From Zygophlyctis sp. KS116 (lineage: Eukaryota > Fungi > Chytridiomycota), in assembly GCA_054661495.1 (NCBI GenBank), contig BAAFSQ010000068.1, positions 12,455 to 44,454 of the forward strand: a DNA stretch of 32,000 nt, in the 5' to 3' direction. The translations under genes and the position numbers were made by a program. The notes beneath the pieces were generated by a model. It did not search any database. It was given only the letters and a program-made list of their open reading frames with translations, and was not told the DNA's origin. Within the stretch, counting starts at the first letter, position 1. The number at the start of each line of letters is the position of its first letter. Shown one piece after another: positions 10,971 to 20,914 of this stretch.

Positions 10971-13900
10971 TCAAGGAGAAATTCTACGAGGCTTAAACCA
11001 TGCCAAGAAGAGAGAGCTTGTAATTACAGACACAGAGCTAAGAGCCATTAATAATCCTGCAATCCAAGGTTTTAATTCTAAATGTGGAATAAATCCTGCT
11101 GCAATCGGTATGGCCAATAAATTGTATGAAAATGCCCATGCAAAATTATATCTAATCTTTAAAAAGGTTGCTAAAGAAAGATCCAAAAGAATCTTTACAT
11201 CTTGTAAATCTGATTTCATGAGAACAATGTCTGCAGCTTCAATAGCAACATCTAGTCTTTAATATTAATGGGATACCTGATCCAGCGCCTATAGCTATTC
11301 CTAAATTAGACCGAGCAAGTGCTATAGAATCATTGATTCCATCACCTACCATACCAACATTACATCCTACAAAACGCTCTTGAAGCCATTGGATTTTTTC
11401 AGATTTTTGTTCTGGGAGTACATGAGAAAAGATATTTGTTGATGGGATTCCAACCGCTTTTCCAACGGAATTAGCCGTTAAGCTATTGTCACCAGTGATC
11501 ATCCATACGTCAATATTTTTGGATTTCAAGTATGAAATTACATTGAAGGCCTCTGGTCTGATTTGATCAGCTAATCCAAAGATTGCAAGAATGCGCGACT
11601 CTCCTAATCGAGATCGAGAGCCTACTAATACGACTGATTCTCCTTGATTCTGAAATCCTTCCAAAGTTAAAATTAATGCTTTTTGGGCGATTTCTGTTAA
11701 AGATAGTAATCCATTTTCCACCATCCAGGCTTCGCTGCCGGTAAATATAGTCATTCCATCCCACTCTGGAACTGTAACTTGAAATCCTTTCCCAGCAACT
11801 TCTTTTGAGTCTTCCAATTTCCAATTTTTCGTATCACTTGAATTCAAGCATTTGAAAGAAGAAAAAGAAGCAACTGCCGCAGCTAAAGGGTGGTCACTCA
11901 TTGCTTCAATAGCACACAAGAGCGACCAAAAATCATTTTCCACTATTTGGGAGCCTTGCAAGAGTAGGCGATGTTCAACGATAGCCGGCTTTCCAATTGT
12001 CAGAGTCCCTGTTTTGTCAAAAACTATTGTTTTTAATCTATGAGCTGATTCCAGAGCTGTTCCACCACCCTTGGCAAGTATCCCATTTCGAGCCGCCACT
12101 CCTGTCCCAACCATGATTGCAGTAGGTGTAGCTAGTCCTAGTGAGCAAGGACATGCGATTACTAGAACAGAAACACAAAAATTCAATGCTATTTGGTATG
12201 AATATCTACCGCTAGGAACACGATCTGGATTTAAAGAAAAGTATACCATCCAAAATGTAAATGTTAAAATCGCAATAATTATAACTAGCGGGACAAAATA
12301 CGACGAAATTTTATCTAATATTTAATGATTTAAAAATACCTGCCATAGCTTGTATAGGAGGTTTAGAGCTTTGGGCATTTTGGACAAGTTTAATAATTCG
12401 AGATATAGTAGTATCAGAGCCTGTTTTACTGACCTTGATCAATATTTGAGATGTCAAATTTACGGTTCCAGCCATAACCTCTGATCCTAGCGTCTTTGAT
12501 ACAGGTACTGTTTCTCCGGTGAGCATACTTTCATCAATAAAAGTCGCTCCTTTGAAAATGAACCCATCACAAGGTATCCTCCCACCAGGATTTATTTTAA
12601 GGATATCACCCATTTGTACCAAAGAGACTTGAATGATTTTTTCATTTACTGGATCAGATTCATTAAATTCAATCAAACACGCCTCATCTGGAGTTAACTG
12701 AAGAAGCTTTGTAATTGCTTGAGAAGTTTGACCTAAAAATAAATATCAAATAATAACCTTTTGCATAAGACTCCAAGAATTTCCCCAAAATGACAAAAAA
12801 TATTAAAAACACACAAGTTTCAAAATATTGCTCTAGAATCGATTCACCTTGATAAATATTCACCATTAAAGAAAAAACAGAATATGTGTAAGTGATCCCA
12901 GTACCTAAAGCAACTAATACATCCATCTAAAATAAGAAAACTTTGAAATTTCATACATTTGCAGTCTTTGCATACACCAGAGATCTGTAAGCACCATTGA
13001 AGAAATGCCAACCAAGACCAAACTGAACAGGAGTTGCCAACAAAAACAATACAAGATCAGAAATAGTCAATCCAGGAACAATAGTTTCCATAAACCAAAT
13101 TCTTAAAGAATTTTCATCAGGAAGAACCATCATGATAATCATTGATACAAAAAAAGTAGGCAAAACAAATACCAAGGACCATATAATACGATTATACAAT
13201 GACTGAAACTCTTTTTGATCAATATTTTGCGCAGAAAGATCCAAATTATTTTCATCCCAAATAGAAACAGAATATCCCAAATCTTCAATTATATCCTTTA
13301 TATCCCGAAGTCCTATCAATTGTGGATTATAAACCACTTTTGCCTCGTGTGTCATTAGACTGACACTTGAATCCAGAATCCCTGGTCTACCCTTTAATCC
13401 ATTTTCAACAGCAGAAACACAGGATGCACAACTTAATCCTTGTATTAACAGTTTTATAATCTTTTGATTAGACTGATCTATAGTCGCTAGAGAAATACTT
13501 TCAATCCCTCCTATTGTATACCCCATATCTTGAATACTTTTTGCAACATCTTGAGCAGAAAGAACTATTGAATCATGAATTAAAACTGCTTTTGGAGGTA
13601 TAAGAGATACTGAAACTGAATCTTTGACCACTCCTATAATATTCTTTAGAGAATTATCTATTCCTGAAACACAAGACGCACAACTCATTCCAGAAATCAG
13701 AATCTGCGTTTTAACCAAGTTTGCTACATTTATCCTATGATCAGCCTGATCTTTGTAAAGAGGTAAAGAGTCAATTGTATTTATAACAGCCTGATACCCC
13801 CTTTCAGCAAGAATTGAAATTACGGCCTTTTCTGAAAATGGAGCAGAGAATAATAGATTTAAAGTATTTTCTTTTCCAGTTTCCACAATAACATTCTTGA

Positions 13901-14108
13901 GAGTCTTGATTCTAGATGTTAATAGACTTGATACAAGTTCCACCGATCTCTTATTTCCATCCAAAAGAGAGAGAGTCATCAAGTGAAAAGACTTGATGGG
14001 CTTCAATGTCCGACAATTGCAAGTAATGCATTTACAGGTTTCGCAAGAACAACAAGATTCCTGAATAATAATTGGAATATTTGTATCAGGGCAGTTGCAT
14101 TCATTCAT
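10971..14108 (-). CDS. P1B-1 copper-transporting ATPase (Ccc2/ATP7-like)
   Basis: GMSCASC and GLSCASC metal-binding domains, TGE, CPCSLG, DKTGTLT, HP, TGDN, GDGIND, and the YN and MALSS transmembrane motifs. Short introns join the five ORFs. Confidence 0.95.
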
Positions 14109-14172
14109 TGCGGCCTTCACCTACGAGTATTGTAAATTGTACTGGAGTCGGTCCTCTTTGCTGGATACTTAA

Positions 14173-16612
14173 ATGATTGACTGGAAACCGGCTTTCAAGG
14201 CTTCGGCTGCATTGATGATTACTAGTCTACTTACATTTTCTTCTTGGTTTGATGAAATCTCCCAGGGATACTCTTATTTTGTGTCATTGGCCGTTTTATT
14301 CTTTCATCCGGCAAGAAGCGTCGGAGCAATGACTGAGGCGGTACTGATCTGCGCTATAAGTCTGGCGATTGGATATTGTATAGCTTCTGTTTGTTTGTTA
14401 TTGGTGGAATATGATGAACGATTTGTGGGGAATATGACACAGGCATATATTATTGCAATATTGATCTTATTTCTGACAACGTTTTGTTTGGCATTTGTCC
14501 GAGCAAAGTATTCTGCAAAGCGTCAAGTGATTGCAACTGCATGTTCGGTATATATGATTATTTAAAAATAGTTGGTTCATATTTTGACATTTGTTACAAT
14601 AACGCAAATGGGATTAGATGAAACTCTATATAGACTTCCACAAAAGATTGATTCAATTGTTTTATGTATGATGATTGGAACGTTGGTGTCATTTTTGGTT
14701 TGTGTAATTTGTTTTCCTGAAACTGCTTCTCAGAAGACTCAAAATTCTATGGTGGATATGATGGATGCATTCATTGATATTATTGATTTTTCAAATCTTT
14801 CTTTTCTTTCTAAAATGGTAGATGAACCAGTGACAGAGGATCCAAAGATTTTGGCGAGTAAACTAAAAAGTTTAGACTTGAAATTAACTTCAATTTCTAA
14901 TTCAAGATTTGAAACTTGTTTTGAACCATTTTCTAGATTCTCAAGAAAAAGACTCTGTTATAATAAGATAATATCAAGTATGGAAAGTTTAATTCTTCAT
15001 TTTGCGTCTTTAACATCTACAATATCATCAATGTGGGTCTTGAAAGATGCTAATGAAATGAATCAGAGTTTTTATCAAGGTTTCTTTACAAAATCTTTTC
15101 AGGAAATTAGAAATGTGCTTTTTCAAGATGGTCAATGTGTTAAAGTTTGCTCACATATTTTAGAGTTGGAAGGTGAACCTGATCAAGATTTACAGAATGA
15201 ATTTGATGCTCTTCATAAAAATTTATATGAATCATTACAAGACTTTCAATCTCTTCTCAATTCTGAATTATCCATTTTAAATCATGATTTAGACATGAAA
15301 ACATATCAAATATACTTTTTTGTATTTGGGGTGCAAGAAATTACCAGAGAAATTTTAAATTTGATGGATTCTATTCATGGATTATTTGACGAAACTCCTC
15401 AAATTAATTCTATGCGCTTAGATTTCAAGGATTACATATACTCTTTTTTTAAAGATATAAAGCTATTTCAAATTAGATTTGCGCTTAAAACTGCTTTTGC
15501 AATCACGTTAATGGGTATTCCTGCATTTCTGAATGAAACTAAACACAATTTTTACCGATATAGATTAAGTTGGGCAATGTCATCGACAATTGTAGTATTA
15601 ACATACAGTGTTGGTGGAACATCTTCTGCATCATGGTATAGAATATTAGGTACAATTGGAGGTGTCATGATGTCTATTATTATTTGGCTGCTTTTTCCTG
15701 ATAATGCAATTGGCTTATTGATATCTTTAGGCTGCATTTCTGTGCCGTCCTTTTATTTTCGGTTTAATTCTAAATATCCAAAAGTGGCTCAGGTAAATGA
15801 CTTTATCTCAACCTTAGATTTTTCTTTTAACCTTTACAATTATTATTCTTCAAAAATACTCCTCCTTGGAAGACCCACTGCTCGATAAAACCTTTTCTAT
15901 TTATGAAATAGCATTCAGACGTGGAACAGCCGTTTCTTTAGGAGTAATAGTTGGTGTTTTTGTCTCTCGAAATATCTGGCCTTATCAGGCTCGAACAGCA
16001 GTTAGAAAAGGAATATCTCTAGTATACCAAGATATCAGTGCTTTACTAGTGGAAATTTTAAAGATGATTAATAGTGACAATAGTCCTGATCCATTAAAAA
16101 TCAAGGAATTGACCAATTTAGAATTAAGACTACGAATTTCATACTCTGAACTTGAAAAATCCTTAAAAGAAACCAATCATGAAGGCTTCAATTTTCCTGT
16201 AGAAACTTATTCTAAAATTCTGTCAAGTATTCAAAAAATTCTGAATAGATTTTCTTCTATAAGAATGGGAGTAAGTCGGGAAGAATTTCCAAATTCATCT
16301 ATTAGAGACAATGAACATATTGACAAACTTTGCAAAGAAATGATTGATCAAGTCTTGTTACATTTTTATGTTCTCTCTGGAGCCATGAAACTTAAATTAG
16401 CCTTACCTCCAAGACTTTCGGACGCTCAAGGTTCACGAGAACGGTTATTGATGGCGATTTCAAATTTACCTACTCCCCACCAACCCTTCTATATAGCATT
16501 TGTTCTAGAAGATGTGATTGAAGAGCTGATAGTGTTGGAGGTCTTAACAAGATCGCTGTTTGGAAACTTTAATGGAACTCGCAGGGTTTTAGAAACCGAA
16601 TTGGACCCTTGA
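14173..16612 (+). CDS. FUSC/aromatic acid exporter/ALMT-superfamily membrane protein
   Basis: Two transmembrane clusters each followed by a helical soluble domain. Motifs RFALKTAF, SVGGT...RILGTIGG and IWPYQAR. Introns 14548-14571 and about 15794-15818. Confidence 0.75.
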
Positions 16613-16626
16613 GCGCGTCAAAAAAA

Positions 16627-16923
16627 ATGTCGAGTTTAATTGGTCCAACGTTTTCACTTAGCGAACGTTTCTCGGCTATTCAAAAGGAAAAATCCAGAAC
16701 AAGACCTAGAGAGAAGAAGCTAAATCACACACCATATGATAAACCAGTTTACAAGACACATGAAAAGCCGGTCGCTATCAAAACTTCAAGGAAAAAACAA
16801 AATATTAAAGATAGATTAGGACCAAAGTCTGCATTGGAAAGACTCGGACCAAAATCTTCCTCTAGCATTGGAAAGCCTTCTTCTATAAACTCTAGACTCG
16901 GGAAAAGAAATAGTCGTGTATAG
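16627..16923 (+). CDS. Small basic protein with an SLSERF motif and three RLG repeats (possible nuclear mRNP factor)
   Basis: ATG 16627 follows an A-run. FSLSERFS resembles the SLNERF motif of CHTOP-like proteins (from memory). Repeats IKDRLG, ALERLG, INSRLG. Confidence 0.6.
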   Translation: MSSLIGPTFSLSERFSAIQKEKSRTRPREKKLNHTPYDKPVYKTHEKPVAIKTSRKKQNIKDRLGPKSALERLGPKSSSSIGKPSSINSRLGKRNSRV

Positions 16924-16942
16924 CCTTTTTTTAATCAAAATC

Positions 16943-19002
16943 TTAAACTGAAACTGTCCATGAGGTTTTGTCTTCAACCAAGTCTACTGATCCCTTTGAT
17001 TTATAATTGCGGAAAGGTGATGATCTTTTTCCGGAAGGGGAAGAGGTGTTGACTGTACCATCAGCTTCAAATTCAAAGAATCCTGAATCACCATGAGATA
17101 CACTGGAGTTAGCATCATCCAAAAAAAATTTGTTGCTTCGATTTACACTTTCTTCATTATCTGAATTGCTCTCTGTCATAATTCCAACAAGAGGAACTAA
17201 TTCAATCTGTGAAACGGGTCGCATTTCTAGGGGAGGTTTAGAAGCTACTTTATAGTCAAGTTTATCAGTCCAAAGTTGAAGCATGTGAGCATGGAGCTGG
17301 GGAAATGTTAGAAATAAAAGACCGCTGACAGGAATATAGAACCAATCAGTCAGATTCCAATTAGTCCTTGTAGAAACTAAAGTTGGGCGTCTGCCAAGAT
17401 ACTGAACCTTGGAGAGATTTGATCTATTATTATTCTCCCATCTATCTGAAGAGCCCCATTGATGATATTTTTCATAAAATACCAACATTAGTAAAAGAGG
17501 AGGAAGAGTTAAAAATCGAAGCCAAAGTCCTAAATTAAGTGCAGTTTGAAGAATAGGATGTGGGTCAGAGGATGACCAAAGAGTCCAAAGATATGAGTAT
17601 TCATTTGCTCCTAACTGAGGAATGTATAATCCAGTTACAAAAACTAATGCAAAAATGTGTCCCTTTAAATAAGTTTCAAAATACAATTTACCATAATTAT
17701 ATGCGCTTCCAAAACGCGTAGGAATAACACCAGGACTTTGGATAGAGGTAGAGACAAAAATTGATTATTTGGTTTGATAACTGGAGCCATTGGTATTTCA
17801 ACAACTTCACCAGACTCTGTTATGTCATAGCCAGGTTTTAAAATTCCAAAAACAGTTCGTCGAATTACATATGCCACATCTAAACAACCCCACATATGTC
17901 TTTTACTCTGAGAATATCTTGCACCAATAGAGTCTAAATAAGATGACCCTTCTACATTACATTGAGAAGCAGGAGAGAGAATTGTTTTTACAATAAGTTG
18001 CCCTTGTGTACTAAAGAAACACTTTAGATACATGTGCATATCTTCACCAATAGAGTCTGTTCCTGAATCCCAAAACCCAACACTTTTAGCAAGTTTCAGC
18101 GAGAGTGAGTAAGCAGAACAAGGAAACTTGATTGGAGAACCTTCAAACAAATGAGACATTACACCTAAAATTAGTAAAAAAACCATTAAAATTACCTCCA
18201 GACCACAACATATCAGCAATTCTAATTGGAGCAGGAACATTGGCTGAATTCCTAGGTTTAGTTTATAAAAAGCGAAAACTTTCCGAAATTCGGAAATTTT
18301 AAACCTGGACCAACATGGTGGGTACCCAGTTTAAAGGGAATTTTTAAATTACCTATCAAATATAGTAGGAGGAGCAAACATTAAAATCCCCCTATCTTCC
18401 TTTCTAGTATCAAAATAAGCATCAGAAACTTTAATAAAATAATCCTGAGCAAAACAAGTATCAGAATCCATTATAGTTAATACACAATTTTCCCCCAAAT
18501 CTTGTCTTTTATCCATTTCTGAGACTGCCCAAGACACATTTGAAGACTTTCCTCTAACTTCCCCCTCTAATCCTGCCGGATGTATAGTAAAAGTAATATC
18601 TGAAAAATGATCTTGATACATTCGAACTAGAGTCTTTGCTTTTACAACTGCTTGAGACTCTGATGCTTCCATTGCCAATACCAGAGTATAATTTACAGAA
18701 GCTTGCTCATGAGAAGCTAAAATATCCAAAGTCTCTGTTAGAGTTTCCATTGATTCCTTATAGTTTGGAAGAATTATTAAATGTTGGACAGTTGAAGAGT
18801 ATTTCCTTAAGTAGTCTTTAGCAGCATCCTTTGAAATAGAGTAAATTCCCCAAGCCGTTCGGAAGTTGTTATTGATAAAGACTAAATGAAGAGCTATGTA
18901 GAAGAATGAGAATATAAATGGAGTGTATAGAGGTCCCCAGAAGAGAAATGTAATGAAGAATATTGCATAAGTCCCTGGTATCCTTTGAAGTAGAGATCTC
19001 AT
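16943..19002 (-). CDS. Membrane-bound family-2 glycosyltransferase
   Basis: PNYKE, GKSSN, DSD (DxD), GEDMH and QSKRH (QxxRW variant), with flanking transmembrane helices. Introns 18252-18352, about 18166-18196 and about 17663-17691. Confidence 0.8.
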
Positions 19003-19260
19003 TTTCAATTTTTTTTTCAACGCGAGAAAATCTTTTTAAAAATAGAAAGTTGCCGCTCAAAAAACGCCAAAATAGAATTCACAACACGAGTGATTTCAAA
19101 ACACTCATTTTAGTTTTTTATTTTATTTTTAATTTTATTGTTTTATGATTTTATTTATGATTTTTCTAATTTTTAAACTCCTAACTTAGTAATGATCTTT
19201 AGCAATCACATAAGTAGTGCCAGGTCCATGCTCAAGGTTACACTAAACCCACCTTAAGAC

Positions 19261-20192
19261 ATGCCTTACTTGTCAGTCGCACATGGTCGTAGTGGTGGTC
19301 CGTTTTCCTTGTTTTATAATATTCATGGATCTGGTACTGAAAAAATTCTGTTAATCAATGGAATGGGTGGAATATCTAGTCAATGGGATGATCAAGTGGA
19401 ATATTTACAAAGATTTAAGGAATTTCAGATTTGTGTTTTTGATAATAGAGGTGCGGGACATTCAGACTCTCCAGATGTCTATTATTCTACTTTTGAAATG
19501 GCTAAAGATGCTCTAGAATTATTAGAATTTTTAGGATGGTCTAAAGTTCATTTAACTGGACTATCTATGGGTGGGATGATTGCTCAGGAATTAACAATTT
19601 TATTAGGGAATAAAGTCTCTAGCTTAATTTTAGAAAGTACATACTCTAAATTTTCTGGATTACCAATGCCTGCAATCAAGAATATAGTTTTGGCAAAGCC
19701 TAGCAAAACTTTAAATGAATTTACTGAAAAAGTAGTTCCTTTATTATTTCCTGAAAAGTGGTTAAATGCACCTTGTGATCCTAAAAGAGGAACTTTTGCT
19801 AATAATGGAGAATTAGCAATGAATTATATAAAATCTAGGTATGAAATTACAGGATTACAAAATCCTACTGGTAGATTTAGACAACAGGTTGCTTGTTTAT
19901 TACATTATGTAGACTCTAGACTGCGTTTAATTAAGAAATTAAACATTCCAATTTTAGTAATAACTGGAGATAATGATCATGTTACTAGACAACCATTAGG
20001 ATGTGCTAATTTAGCAAGAAAATTAGGCGCAGAGTTGAAGATTTATACTGGAGGAGGACATGCAATAAGATTTCAAGGTATTACTAATTTGTAAATTCTC
20101 ATCAAAAAATAGATCCTGATTGGCATAATACAAACTGTCATCAATTTCTATTAAAAGCCATCAAACTTCCTGATAAGAAACAATCTCTCTGA
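19261..20192 (+). CDS. Alpha/beta-fold hydrolase
   Basis: FDNRGAGHS, nucleophile elbow GLSMG, GDND and GGH. A 35-nt intron at 20078-20112 adds DPDWHN...KQSL and TGA 20190-20192. Confidence 0.85.
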
Positions 20193-20702
20193 CTTTTTCT
20201 CTTGTGTTTTTTTGACTAGATTTAGTACTTGTACCCACTGGAGGACCCAATCTAGTATTTACTGTTGGTCCAAGTCTTGAATTGACGGTTGGTCCTAGTC
20301 TAGAATTAATTGAAGATCCTAGTCTAGAATTAATTGAAGATCCCTTTTTAGACCTCCTGAATTTTCCTGGTCTTTCAAACTTTCCAGATCTTTGCGGTAA
20401 TTTCTTGATCTTTATTGGCATGCCGTCAAACTGCCTCTCATCAAAAAACTGCAATGCTGAATCTGCAGAGTCTTCTAATTCATACACGACAATCGCTTCT
20501 CCAAGAGATCTCCCTGCAGAATCATATTTTAATTTGACACTCATAAATCCATCATAATCGCCAAACAGCTGCTTTAGATCTAAATTTAATTCTAGGTTTG
20601 ACTACCTTGTTCACTCACATTCCAATGTAAATTAGAGATCTGAAGAGCATATGTACTAGAATCTAGTGTAAAAGTGAGACTGCTATTGAAACTTTTAGGC
20701 AT
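20161..20702 (-). CDS. ALY/THO4/Yra1-like RRM protein with C-terminal RLG repeats
   Basis: Spliced LQISNLHWNVSEQDLKQLF...KYDSAGRSLGEA matches the ALY-type RRM (YDxxGRSLG). One 26-nt intron near 20580-20605. Confidence 0.75.
20245..20343 (-). repeat. Four coding 24-nt tandem repeats (SSINSRLG x2, PTVNSRLG, PTVNTRLG)
   Basis: The first two units are identical at DNA level (tcttcaattaattctagactagga). Confidence 0.9.
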
Positions 20703-20734
20703 TTATCTGTACCCTGGTCCTTGTTTTCAAGGCG

Positions 20735-20896
20735 TGCCTGGGAATGCCTTGGGAATGCCTGGAATGACAGCCTTAAAATTTACCAACCTACCAACAAGAC
20801 ATCAATTAAAATTTTACCAATGACAAAATTTTTACCAATGACAAAAAAATTTTATCAAACAAATTTTTACAAACAAAAAAATTTTACAGAAAAATT
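20735..20896. promoter_or_regulatory. Divergent promoter of the RRM gene and TUP1, with 3x GGAATG and a degenerate AAAATTTTAC(CAA) array
   Basis: GGAATG at 20741, 20752 and 20761. CCAAT at 20817 and 20835. Confidence 0.5.
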
Positions 20897-20914
20897 GAAA
20901 AAAAAAACTAAAAA

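Noticed and set aside
19261-20192. Horizontal transfer of the alpha/beta hydrolase
   Set aside because: It has a native-type intron and host-like composition, and the claim cannot be supported without a phylogeny.
20245-20343. CRISPR-like repeat array
   Set aside because: These are contiguous in-frame 24-nt coding repeats without spacers, in eukaryotic DNA.
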